A stretch of 32,000 nt of DNA from Candidatus Paracaedimonas acanthamoebae (lineage in GTDB: Bacteria > Pseudomonadota > Alphaproteobacteria > Caedimonadales > Caedimonadaceae). Positions 17,612 to 31,020 of the stretch are shown one piece after another. Positions within the stretch are counted from its first letter, which is position 1. Every line of letters begins with the position of its first letter. The stretch lies in NCBI GenBank assembly GCA_000743035.1, contig CP008936.1:1170001-1202000 (forward strand). Direction: 5' to 3'. The notes beneath the pieces are model-generated. The model made no database searches. It worked only from the letters and a program-made list of their open reading frames with translations, and was not told where the DNA came from. Made by a program: the position numbers and the translations under genes.

Positions 17612-18269
17612 ATTCTCCTCCACTATTTTCTTCTTTTGTGCTCTAAAGAGCACGACCAAAGTGTCTATTACTTTCGTCTTCCTGAAACTCCAAAAAAGCT
17701 TTCCTCTCTCTGGCCCATGCCTACCCCACATGCCAAGGGCCTTCTGGTGCCTATTCACATCTTCTGATGACCTAAGATCCCCTCCTTCGCGGGGATGCCG
17801 GCGTGTGTGGTACTCTTGGAGCTCGTCATTTAATAGCTTTTTATTTCTAATCATTTGTTCTTCCTTTCTTTATTCATTTTCATTTCCAGTAGTCTTCGCT
17901 ATTAAGTCCTGAGTGCTTCCATTCTCGTCATCCTAGGCCTTGTGCCTAGGATCTCAAGCGACCGTAAGATCTCACCTACCACCACTCGATGTCTTCGGCC
18001 TTTCCTGGATCCCCTCCTCCGCGAGGATAACAATAGGAGTGTGCAGGAATGATACAAAAAAGTGTTTGTTGCCATCCGTGCCTTTACTTTACCCCTCCTC
18101 TTCCAGATCGTGCCTGTGACACACAAGTACGCCTCTCGCCACCTTCAGGCTGCCTGAGATCCCCGGCACAAGGCCGGGGATGACGATGCAGAAGACGCTT
18201 ATCCTCGGAGTTCCTTTCCAACATTCTTTCTAACATCCTTGCCAACGAGCACTCTCGCACCCAACTTGT
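17612..18269. repeat. Array of diverged hairpin-repeat modules abutting repeat copy B
   Basis: 17770-17975 is a diverged copy of 484-690 (ttatttctaatcatttgttcttcctttctttattcattttcatttcc...cattctcgtcatcctaggccttgtgcctaggatctcaagcgacc). Modules lie at 17771-17797, 17927-17975, 18005-18031 and 18152-18184. 18075-18269 is related to 1385-1570. Confidence 0.8.
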
Positions 18270-18990
18270 GTCATTCTCGGGCGTGTCCCGAGAATCTCAA
18301 GTAACCGATAGGTCTCACCCATCACCACTCGATGCCTGTCTTCTTCACACTGCGCCTCTCACGCACAATGAGGACTCTTCTCTGGCACCTATGCACATCC
18401 TCAGGTTGCCTGAGATCCCCGGCACAAGGCCGGGGATGACCGTGTGGTCGATATGTCTCAAGTTCATCAGTTTTAATTCTTTTGTTTCCAATCATTTTTT
18501 CTTCCTTCCTTTATTGTTTTCATTTCTATTTAGTCTTCACCAATGAATTTCAAATCCTTACATTCTCGTCATCCTAGGCCTTGTGCCTAGGATCTCAAGC
18601 GACCTGCAGGTCTCTCCTGTCACCATTTGTTGTCCTTCGGTCCTTCCTGGATCCCCGCGTCTCGCCTCGACGTAGACAGGATCTCAGGGAGAACAAGAGA
18701 GAGGCTAGGAATGACAAACCAACACCTTTCAATCCTCCTTATTTTCCACCAAACCCTCTCCTTTTCCGTGCCCAACTCGGCCTTTTCATCAGGCAAAGAG
18801 GGGGCATTTGCTCAAAAAGAGCGTTCATTGGCTTTTAATGAGCTTTTAGGGCTCAATTTTTAATCGGACGGATGGAGGGAATTTTTGAAGAGGATTGAGA
18901 GCTTTTTTAAAGGCCCGCAAGGAAGTAAATTTCATCTCTGACCATCTACTAATAGGCTACCATATCATGATACAAAAATCAAGAAAATTC
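18270..18990. repeat. Long composite repeat, copy B (721 bp)
   Basis: Identical by eye to 33-148 plus 462-1066, in the same orientation. Hairpin modules at 18270-18320, 18408-18440 and 18568-18614. Confidence 0.9.
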
Positions 18991-19194
18991 AATACCAAAA
19001 TATAAGAAATAACTATTTAAAATCAATTATTTATAAATAATTTTCCCATTATTCCCCACGTTTCTACATCCTGATGAGCTCCAGCTTTACTTAAGACGAG
19101 CCTTATTTATTAAACAAATTAACGCCTCCATCGACAGAAAGACGATTAAAAAATTTACTGCGATTCTTCTTCCACCTTCAGTTTTTTTACAAAT

Positions 19195-19461
19195 TTACAA
19201 GAACTTAACAGCCACAGGTTTAACAAAATAAGCTTCAATTTTTGCAAAAAGCTCATCATGTTTTTCTGTTGAAGCCCATTTATCTAATTTCTCTTCACTT
19301 GAAAAAGACAAAGTGACCGTTGGATGAAGGTCCACCGTATTGCAAACCATCGAGATAAAACCGTCTTGCTGCCTTACTGCTTCCATTACATCCTTATACC
19401 AAGATGAAAAAGAAGAAAGCCCATCAGGCATAAGAAAATATGTGATCTCTATCGTAAACAT
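19195..19461 (-). CDS. Small ABM/ferredoxin-fold-like protein (88 aa), hypothetical
   Basis: ATG start with AAGGAAG upstream. The pattern ..VTLSFSSEEKLDKWASTEKHDELFAKIEAYF.. resembles antibiotic-biosynthesis-monooxygenase-type domains. The family call is tentative. Confidence 0.55.
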   Translation of the reverse strand: MFTIEITYFLMPDGLSSFSSWYKDVMEAVRQQDGFISMVCNTVDLHPTVTLSFSSEEKLDKWASTEKHDELFAKIEAYFVKPVAVKFL

Positions 19462-19501
19462 TTCTTCCTTGAACGGTTAGTAATTTAGGCGCGTTTAATC
19501 T

Positions 19502-20173
19502 TCAGGAAAGGTACTTTAGGCTTTCCACCAGCTCATTCACCGCGTTAAGAACTGCTTCACGATAAGGCTTAAAATCTTCGGATGCATTTTTAAGCTTTTT
19601 CTTCTCATTTAACATTTGAGGAGCAAGACCAATAGCAGGCATCGTTGAGGAAAATTTCATTTTAAAGCTTTCTAAAACTTGCTTTAATTGCATTGCTGCT
19701 TTTGCACCACCATCTTGGAACCCATAGCTTATAATGATGGCAGGTTTATCTTTCCATTCAGCATAAAGATAATCGATGGCATTCTTCAATGATGCAGGAT
19801 AGCCACAATTATATTGCGGTGTCACAAAAATATACCCATCATATGAGGCAATTTCATGGCCCCATTTCTTAGTATGAGCATGCACATAGGTTTTGGGCCC
19901 ATTGAGAGGCATTCCTGGCTCATTAAAAAGGGGCAAATTCCACTTCTCAAGGTCAACCAAAGTAAACTGTAAATTTGGTGCTTCTTGAACTTGTTGGAAG
20001 ACCCACTCAGCCACTTGCCCACCAATTTTGTTGGGACGTGTGCTGCCAATAATGATGCCAATTTTATAAGTTGATTTTTCTTTCACTGGGTTAGTATTTG
20101 CAAGATGAGCTTCTTGCCCGCTGAGCGATAATGGCCCCCATATCATTAAAAAAAGACTTAAAATAAAGCGCAT
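19502..20173 (-). CDS. NADPH-dependent FMN reductase family protein with an N-terminal signal-like extension
   Basis: ATG start with GAGGA upstream. The core KIGIIIGSTRPNKIGGQVAEWV...YDGYIFVTPQYNCGYPASLKNAIDYL is typical of the FMN_red family. It is preceded by about 35 extra residues, MRFILSLFLMIWGPLSLSGQEAHLANTNPVKEKSTY. Confidence 0.8.
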   Translation of the reverse strand: MRFILSLFLMIWGPLSLSGQEAHLANTNPVKEKSTYKIGIIIGSTRPNKIGGQVAEWVFQQVQEAPNLQFTLVDLEKWNLPLFNEPGMPLNGPKTYVHAHTKKWGHEIASYDGYIFVTPQYNCGYPASLKNAIDYLYAEWKDKPAIIISYGFQDGGAKAAMQLKQVLESFKMKFSSTMPAIGLAPQMLNEKKKLKNASEDFKPYREAVLNAVNELVESLKYLS

Positions 20174-20302
20174 TTTTCCTCTTCTTAATAAATAAATTTA
20201 AAGGACTCTTATAGCATGATTTTCAAAAGGACAGAAGTATAAGAAATCTTCTCTCTTATTTAACTATTTGATATTTTTTCGAATACTATTGATTTTTTAC
20301 TT

Positions 20303-21025
20303 CTAATGGAATCTCAACTTAAGAGGAATTTTTTGCATGTAGTATTTTAATGTATATTTTCCAGCTGTTAAAAACGCCTCAAGATCAACTCTAAAAAGCA
20401 TGAGGAGTTGTTTCCCATCTTTATAGTAAGGGTTTACTTCTTCAAAATAGCCATCGTATGAAGAGATTCCTTCGACCGCTTCTTTTCGAACAAGGTTCAT
20501 TTTCTTGTAGGCTGTAAGCAGAAAAATATCGTCCTGCTCTTCATATTTGCCTTCGCCCGCTACTGTTTGAGCAACAAGTTTCATTAACTGTTTTGTAAAA
20601 TCATCGATTTTCGTCCCTTTTTGAGGAAAGTGATTAGGGTAACGCTGGGCGATATTATACGATTTAGGCGTTGCCATAAAACAAGCAAAACACATTTTTT
20701 TACCAGGAAATTTCCATAATGTTCTGAAACAACTATCGAATAAGACAGTATTCACAAAATGATGGCGTTGATAGTGTGTTTCAACGGCTCCATTTCCCAC
20801 ATAAACAATGACGTAATCTTGCAAAATAATCCATTTAATTGCCAATGTCCCTATAAGCTTATGCTCTTCTTTATCAAAAAAAGCATATAATAAGTCTTTC
20901 TGGGAAAGTGAATTTATCAAATCGTTCTTCATCAGCTTAAAAAAGCTTTTTTCCAAAATGATAAATTCCTCAAGAAGATTTTTTTCAATTTTTTGACAAT
21001 TAATAACTTGATATGAAATTTTCAT
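20303..21025 (-). CDS. Hypothetical protein (240 aa), possibly a GNAT-fold acyltransferase
   Basis: Long ATG-initiated ORF with no signal peptide. The segment LAIKWIILQDYVIVYVGNGAVETHYQRHHFVNTVLFDSCF loosely resembles a GNAT motif A region. The assignment is weak. Confidence 0.6.
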   Translation of the reverse strand: MKISYQVINCQKIEKNLLEEFIILEKSFFKLMKNDLINSLSQKDLLYAFFDKEEHKLIGTLAIKWIILQDYVIVYVGNGAVETHYQRHHFVNTVLFDSCFRTLWKFPGKKMCFACFMATPKSYNIAQRYPNHFPQKGTKIDDFTKQLMKLVAQTVAGEGKYEEQDDIFLLTAYKKMNLVRKEAVEGISSYDGYFEEVNPYYKDGKQLLMLFRVDLEAFLTAGKYTLKYYMQKIPLKLRFH

Positions 21026-21197
21026 TTTAATGACTTTCTAAAAGGTTATCTACTTTTCTAGAATATCACCAAATGGTAAATTTTTCCTTTTAGGAAAAGT
21101 TAAATTTCTAATTATTATAGAGATATAAGAGCTTTATATAAAACTAATTACCTTTTAAGCAAAATATTAAAAGGAAAGGATGGGAGCTATTCACTAA

Positions 21198-21230
21198 ATA
21201 AAAAAGGAGTCGTTACTGACTCCTTTTTTA
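21198..21230 (-). terminator. Rho-independent terminator after rpoC (bidirectional shape)
   Basis: The stem aaaaaggagtc/gactccttttt (21201-21211 / 21218-21228) has a 6-nt loop. It is flanked by an A-run and a T-run and lies about 20 bp beyond the rpoC stop. Confidence 0.8.
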
Positions 21231-21249
21231 GTAGAGAAATGCAAAAAGC

Positions 21250-25434
<4,185 letters not shown>

Positions 25435-25465
25435 TCAGAACTCCAAGGATATTCTATCTAGTCAC

Positions 25466-28400
25466 CTATTCACCAAACTCGAGATTCAAACTCAACGAGC
25501 GCAATTCTTTTACCAACACATTAAAGGACTCTGGAATACCAGATTCAAATGCATCTTCCCCACGTACGATGGCTTCATAAACCTTTGTGCGTCCTGAGAC
25601 ATCGTCCGATTTGACGGTGAGCATTTCTTGCAATGTATAAGCAGCACCATACGCTTCAAGAGCCCAAACTTCCATTTCACCAAAACGTTGTCCACCAAAC
25701 TGCGCCTTACCACCAAGAGGCTGTTGCGTGACAAGACTGTAAGGTCCAACGGAACGAGCATGGATCTTGTCATCAACCATGTGGCTTAATTTGAGCATAT
25801 AAATGTATCCAACTGTAACGGGACGCTCAAAAGGCTCACCTGTTCGACCATCAATGAGTCTGACTTGGCCAGAAGTATTTAATTTCGCACGTTGAAGTTC
25901 ACGAATAATATCATCTTCATGAGCACCATCAAAGACCGGTGTTGCCATTGGGACACCTCGGATCATGGAAGCTGCTGTCTCAATAATCTCAGCCTCATCC
26001 ATTTTCTCAATCTTCTGAATATCTGTTTCTTTTTGATAAATCCCCGTCATCAATTTTTTCAAATCTTCAGGGTTTTTATTATTAGAATAAATATCACCAA
26101 GCATTTGGCTGATTTGTTTTCCTAAGCCAGCCGCTGCCCATCCAAGATGGGTTTCCAGAATCTGGCCCACATTCATTCGCGAAGGAACGCCTAAGGGGTT
26201 TAAGACAATGTCAACAGGGGTCCCATCTTCAAGGTGTGGCATATCTTCTTCAGGAACAATAACGGAAACGACGCCTTTATTTCCATGGCGTCCAGCCATT
26301 TTATCTCCTGCCTGAATTTTGCGCTTTGTTGCAATGAAGACCTTAACTGTTTTGAGCACACCTGTTGGCAGTTCATCGCCGCGACGCACTTTCTCAACTT
26401 TATCCTCGAAGCGCTTTTGAATGACCGCAACATCTTCGTCGTGTTGCTTCCGCATCGCTTCGATTTCAGTCATAATGACATCGTTCTCAACAACAAGTTG
26501 ACGCCATTGCCCCGTGGTAAGAGCTGCAAGATAAGCTTCATCAATCTGGACATTCGTTTTTGCACCTTTAGGAGCTCCAACCACTTTTTGTTCCAAAAGC
26601 AATTGTTTTAAACGCGCAAAGAAAGCACGTTCGAGAATGCCCTTCTCTGTATCGCGGTCTGCAGCCAAACGATTAATTTCAGCCCGTTCAATAGCAAGTG
26701 CACGCTCATCTTTTTCAACTCCACGACGTGAAAAGACTCGAACTTCAACAACAGTTCCGCTAACACCTGGTTGAACTCGTAAAGAGGTATCCCGAACATC
26801 AGAAGCTTTTTCTCCAAAGATTGCTCGCAAGAGTTTTTCTTCTGGCGTTACAGGCGTTTCACCTTTTGGTGTCACTTTTCCAACAAGAATATCACCCGGC
26901 TTTACTTCAGCACCAATAGAAACGATGCCTGCCTCATCCAAGTGGCATAAAGCTTCATCCCCAACATTTGGAATGTCACGGGTAATTTCTTCTTGCCCTA
27001 GCTTTGTATCGCGTGCATGAACCTCGAATTCTTCGATGTGAATTGAGGTAAATACATCTTCACGCACTAAACGTTCGGAAAGAATAATAGAGTCTTCGAA
27101 GTTATAGCCATTCCAAGACATAAAACCAACAAGGACATTTCGACCTAAAGCCAATTCACCTGCATCTGTGGCTGGACCATCAGCAATAATGTCTCCTGCT
27201 TTTACAAATTCGCCAGGACGCACTAAAGGCCGTTGGTTAATGCAAGTATTTTGGTTAGACCGTTGAAACTTCTGCAAATTATAAATATCAACAACAGAAG
27301 GTGTTGAAGCACTTGTTTCTTTCACGCGAATAACAATTCGTGTTGCATCAACTTGATCAACAATGCCATCACGTTTTGCAACCACAGTCACCCCTGAATC
27401 GCGAGCCACGGACTTCTCCATACCTGTTCCCACGAGTGGTGTTTCAGCCCGCATCAAAGGAACAGCTTGACGTTGCATGTTGGAGCCCATTAACGCACGG
27501 TTCGCATCGTCATTCTCAAGGAATGGAATCAAGGATGCCGCAACAGAGACCAGCTGTTTTGGAGAAACATCAATAAATTGGATATCGCTTGGCGGCGCAA
27601 TTGTGAACTCGCCTCCCTTACGACAGCTGACGAAATCTTCTAGCAGCTTACCTGCTTTATCCATAGCAGCACTTGCTTGTGCAATAGCATACCGACCTTC
27701 TTCAGCAGCAGAGAGGTAAACAATTTCATCAGAAACACATCCGTCAACGACACGACGATAAGGACTTTCAATAAAGCCATACTTATTAACACGCGCAAAA
27801 GTAGCAAGCGAGTTAATTAAACCAATATTTGGCCCCTCAGGTGTCTCAATCGGACAAATACGACCATAATGGGTTGGGTGAACGTCTCGCACCTCAAATC
27901 CAGCACGATCACGTGTAAGGCCTCCTGGCCCTAAAGCAGAAAGGCGACGTTTATGAGTAATTTCTGCAAGTGGGTTCACTTGATCCATAAACTGAGAAAG
28001 CTGTGAAGAAGCAAAGAATTCTTTTACCGCTCCGGAAACAGGTTTTGCATTGATGAGATCATGCGGCATCACGGTATCAATCTCAACAGAACTCATCCGC
28101 TCACGAATAGCTCTTTCCATTCTTGAAAGGCCTGTGCGATACTGATTCTCAAGAAGCTCACCAACAGGACGAACACGACGATTACCAAGATTATCAATGT
28201 CGTCAATTTCACCACGACCATCCTTAAGCTCAAGAAGAACTTTTACAATCGCAATAATATCGTCTTTACGCAGAGTCCGAGCACTGTCTTCAGTCTCAAG
28301 CCCTAAACGCGCATTCATTTTCACACGACCAACCGCTGAAAGATCAAACCTTTCAAAGTCAAAGAAAAGACCAGAAAACAAAGCCTCAGCACTTTCAAGT

Positions 28401-29629
28401 GTTGGTGGCTCTCCAGGACGCATTACTCTATAAATATCAAGAAGCGCATCTTCTCTCGAATAATTTCGGTCAGCTGCCAAGGTATTCCTTAGATAAGGAC
28501 CTATGTGGATATGGTCAATTGCAAGCGTTGCAATATCTTTAAAACCATTTGAAACCAAGTTTTGAATAAGTTGCCCTGTTAATTCTTCCCCAGCTTCAAC
28601 AAAGATTTCCCCCGTACTTTCATTAATCATGTCTTCAGCAGCATAACGACCAATCAAGTCATCTGATGGCACTAAAATTTCGTTCAGCCCATCTTCTTTA
28701 AACTTCTTTGCAAGACGCGGGGTCATTTTCTCCCCAGCGGCTACAACAATTTTGTTCGTCTTTGCATCAATAAGGTCATGAACAAGCTTTCCACTTTTCC
28801 AACGCATAGGCTCAAACGGTATTTTCCAACCCTTATCGTGGTGCGTAAAAGTGATTGTTTCGTAAAACAGCTTTAAAATATTTTCTCGTGATAAACCTAC
28901 AACCTCACCTGGCGCAAGTTCTTTACCTTCTTGCTCGGCCTTTTCACGTTTTTTAGCGGTTTCTTCATTATCAAGCGTCATCAATAGAGTCGTTGCAGGC
29001 AATTTTCTGCGCCGATCAATACGAACATATAAAAGATCTTTCGCATCAAATTCAAAATCAAGCCATGAACCACGATAAGGAATCACACGACCTGAGAATA
29101 ATAATTTTCCTGAAGCATGCGTTTTACCACGATCGTGATCAAAAAACACCCCAGGAGAACGGTGCATTTGTGATACAATCACACGCTCAACACCATTAAT
29201 AATGAAAGTACCATTATCTGTCATGAGAGGAATATCTCCCATGTAAACTTCTTGCTCTTTAATGTCGCGAATCGAACGAGCTCCTGTATCCTCGTCTACA
29301 TCCCAAACGACTAACCTAAAAACAACCTTTAAAGGAGCAGCATAGGTTGTTCCTCTTTGCCGGCACTCTTCAACATCATATTTAGGCTCATCAAAATCAT
29401 AATGATAAAACTCAAGTTGAGCCTTGTCTGAAAAGTCTTTGACTGGAAACACTGAATGAAAAACAGCCTGCAATCCAAGCATTTGCCGCTTTTCAAAAGG
29501 AATATTTCTTTGTAAAAATGCTTCATACGAGTTTTTTTGAAGCTCAATTAAATTCGGCATGGGAGCCACACCGCTTAATCTCTCAAAACTCTTGCGTATA
29601 CGCTTGCGACCAGCCATAGATAATGCCAT
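25466..29629 (-). CDS. rpoB: DNA-directed RNA polymerase subunit beta
   Basis: 1387-aa ORF. Motifs: [34 protein letters not shown] (rifampicin cluster), [24 protein letters not shown] and [20 protein letters not shown]. The start could alternatively be Met5 (29617). Confidence 0.97.
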   Translation of the reverse strand: MALSMAGRKRIRKSFERLSGVAPMPNLIELQKNSYEAFLQRNIPFEKRQMLGLQAVFHSVFPVKDFSDKAQLEFYHYDFDEPKYDVEECRQRGTTYAAPLKVVFRLVVWDVDEDTGARSIRDIKEQEVYMGDIPLMTDNGTFIINGVERVIVSQMHRSPGVFFDHDRGKTHASGKLLFSGRVIPYRGSWLDFEFDAKDLLYVRIDRRRKLPATTLLMTLDNEETAKKREKAEQEGKELAPGEVVGLSRENILKLFYETITFTHHDKGWKIPFEPMRWKSGKLVHDLIDAKTNKIVVAAGEKMTPRLAKKFKEDGLNEILVPSDDLIGRYAAEDMINESTGEIFVEAGEELTGQLIQNLVSNGFKDIATLAIDHIHIGPYLRNTLAADRNYSREDALLDIYRVMRPGEPPTLESAEALFSGLFFDFERFDLSAVGRVKMNARLGLETEDSARTLRKDDIIAIVKVLLELKDGRGEIDDIDNLGNRRVRPVGELLENQYRTGLSRMERAIRERMSSVEIDTVMPHDLINAKPVSGAVKEFFASSQLSQFMDQVNPLAEITHKRRLSALGPGGLTRDRAGFEVRDVHPTHYGRICPIETPEGPNIGLINSLATFARVNKYGFIESPYRRVVDGCVSDEIVYLSAAEEGRYAIAQASAAMDKAGKLLEDFVSCRKGGEFTIAPPSDIQFIDVSPKQLVSVAASLIPFLENDDANRALMGSNMQRQAVPLMRAETPLVGTGMEKSVARDSGVTVVAKRDGIVDQVDATRIVIRVKETSASTPSVVDIYNLQKFQRSNQNTCINQRPLVRPGEFVKAGDIIADGPATDAGELALGRNVLVGFMSWNGYNFEDSIILSERLVREDVFTSIHIEEFEVHARDTKLGQEEITRDIPNVGDEALCHLDEAGIVSIGAEVKPGDILVGKVTPKGETPVTPEEKLLRAIFGEKASDVRDTSLRVQPGVSGTVVEVRVFSRRGVEKDERALAIERAEINRLAADRDTEKGILERAFFARLKQLLLEQKVVGAPKGAKTNVQIDEAYLAALTTGQWRQLVVENDVIMTEIEAMRKQHDEDVAVIQKRFEDKVEKVRRGDELPTGVLKTVKVFIATKRKIQAGDKMAGRHGNKGVVSVIVPEEDMPHLEDGTPVDIVLNPLGVPSRMNVGQILETHLGWAAAGLGKQISQMLGDIYSNNKNPEDLKKLMTGIYQKETDIQKIEKMDEAEIIETAASMIRGVPMATPVFDGAHEDDIIRELQRAKLNTSGQVRLIDGRTGEPFERPVTVGYIYMLKLSHMVDDKIHARSVGPYSLVTQQPLGGKAQFGGQRFGEMEVWALEAYGAAYTLQEMLTVKSDDVSGRTKVYEAIVRGEDAFESGIPESFNVLVKELRSLSLNLEFGE

Positions 29630-29786
29630 CTGCCCCTCAATCAGCTAATAAATGTGCAATTTTAGTCTATTCGTATGCAAAAATTTCTACGCTACCAATC
29701 TTAAAATTGAAAAAGCTATAGATTTACACGAAGAGACTAAATTCACTCATATATACGTTAAACTTTAATAATGCAAGTAATACATG

Positions 29787-29831
29787 CGCGATCGGAAATT
29801 ATGCCTTCTCAAAAAGCTTTTTCCGATCGCG
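29787..29831 (-). promoter_or_regulatory. Stem-loop in the rplL-rpoB intergenic region (candidate attenuator or processing site)
   Basis: A 12-bp perfect inverted repeat, cgcgatcggaaa (29787-29798) / tttccgatcgcg (29820-29831). The loop contains the palindrome aaaaagcttttt. It sits between the rplL stop and the rpoB start. Confidence 0.45.
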
Positions 29832-29852
29832 TCTTTAATCCAACAAAAAGAA

Positions 29853-30224
29853 CTACTTAAGTTCGACTTTTGCGCCAGCCTTCTCAAGTACATCCTTAAT
29901 TTTTTGAGCTTCGTCCTTGCTAACGCCTTCCTTAACAGGCTTTGGAGCGCCTTCAACAAGGTTCTTTGCTTCAACAAGACCTAAGCCTGTAATTGTGCGA
30001 ACTTCTTTAATGACGTTAATTTTTTGTGCGCCACCATCTACGAGCATCACTGTGAATTCTGTTTGCTCTTCAGCAGCAGCAGCGGCAGGTGCAGCAGCAG
30101 CAACGGCAACAGGTGCAGCAGCAGAAACGCCCCACTTTTCTTCAAGAAGCTTCGCAAGCTCAGCTGCCTCAAGAACACTCAATCCAGATAGATCGTCTAC
30201 GATCTTTGCTAACTTTTCAGCCAT
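29853..30224 (-). CDS. rplL: 50S ribosomal protein L7/L12
   Basis: 123 aa. N-terminal dimerisation helix [33 protein letters not shown], Ala-rich hinge, and C-terminal [56 protein letters not shown]. Confidence 0.97.
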   Translation of the reverse strand: MAEKLAKIVDDLSGLSVLEAAELAKLLEEKWGVSAAAPVAVAAAAPAAAAAEEQTEFTVMLVDGGAQKINVIKEVRTITGLGLVEAKNLVEGAPKPVKEGVSKDEAQKIKDVLEKAGAKVELK

Positions 30225-30266
30225 TTTATATCTCCTTTATCTCTTCAAAAACTATAATTACAATAA

Positions 30267-30776
30267 TCAGCCTTTTTTGCTGTAAGCCGACACGACGCGT
30301 GCAAGCTGCCCTGCAGGCGCTTGAACAACGCGAGCCAGTTTTCCAGCAGGAGCTTGTAGTATACCAATAATCTTTCCTCGCAATTCATCGAGAGAAGGCA
30401 AGGTCGCAAGAGCTTGAACATCTGCCTTGCTGAGGAATTTATCCCCCATCGCGCCACAGACAATCTCAAGTTTTTGGTTATCATTGGCAAACTTTACAGC
30501 AATACGCGCAGCTGCGATTGGATCAGATGAATAAGCTAATGCTGTTGGACCTTTTAAATGGTCTATCAACATCTCATAGCTTGTTCCCTTCACAGCCAAC
30601 CGGGTCAAAGTGTTTTTAGTCACCTTGAATTGAGCTCCCGCATCATACATCTGACGACGTAGAGCTTGAGACTCAACAACAGTTAACCCAACCTGTCGCG
30701 TAATGACAACAAGTCCAGCCTGATCAAGCGCGGATCGCATTGAAGCGATAAAGAGTTCTTTTTCTCTTTTTTCCAC
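30267..30776 (-). CDS. rplJ: 50S ribosomal protein L10
   Basis: The ORF is open to 30791, where the codon is TTG. AAGGAG lies 6 nt upstream of the GTG at 30776, giving VEKREKELFIASMRSAL.., which is closer to the usual L10 N-terminus. The position between rplA and rplL supports the call. Confidence 0.9.
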   Translation of the reverse strand: MEKREKELFIASMRSALDQAGLVVITRQVGLTVVESQALRRQMYDAGAQFKVTKNTLTRLAVKGTSYEMLIDHLKGPTALAYSSDPIAAARIAVKFANDNQKLEIVCGAMGDKFLSKADVQALATLPSLDELRGKIIGILQAPAGKLARVVQAPAGQLARVVSAYSKKG

Positions 30777-31020
30777 GGTTTTCTCCTTCAAGCTTCACAC
30801 CACTCCTCATGAGCGGTGCTCGTTTAACAATTCTGCCCGGAAAGAGAAACACACTTAAAAATGATTGTGCCTTCTTCCGTCTATGTAGGCGGCAGACCAT
30901 TAAAAACCAATGTCTACCTACAGTCTCGGACAGAGCGTAGGGAACTTCCCTACTAAGCAACACGAATTACTTCATGCTACATTTTCATACTTAGTTTGAG
31001 CAATATCTCAAATTAAGTTA
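30777..31020 (-). promoter_or_regulatory. rplJ upstream region: probable promoter plus structured leader
   Basis: A 244-nt non-coding gap inside an otherwise tightly packed ribosomal operon. It contains the hairpin gtagggaacttccctac (30947-30963) and an imperfect longer stem around 30880-30925 (gtctatgtaggcggcagaccatt..aatgtctacctacag). The function is inferred by analogy with L10-leader autoregulation. Confidence 0.35.

Noticed and set aside
17902-18863. ORFs 17902-18126(-), 18268-18546(+), 18581-18838(+) and 18627-18863(+)
   Set aside because: The reasoning is the same as for copy A. These are translations of hairpin-repeat DNA, mutually overlapping, with proline/arginine-rich nonsense composition.
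33-18990. Composite transposon or excisable genomic island bounded by the 721-bp direct repeats
   Set aside because: The window contains no transposase, integrase or recombinase ORF. The repeats lack terminal inverted repeats. The interior includes genes expected to be essential (glyQS, dapA, smpB). I retained it only as a recombination or amplification substrate.
29765-30490. ORFs 29765-29977(-), 29784-29984(+), 29917-30285(+), 30089-30370(+) and 30245-30490(-)
   Set aside because: They overlap rplL and rplJ in other frames or antisense. The Ala/Gln-rich runs derive from the L7/L12 hinge codons.
30724-30963. 79-aa minus-strand ORF spanning the rplJ leader
   Set aside because: It overlaps the rplJ start in another frame and lies in the structured leader. 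It has no RBS and an implausible composition.
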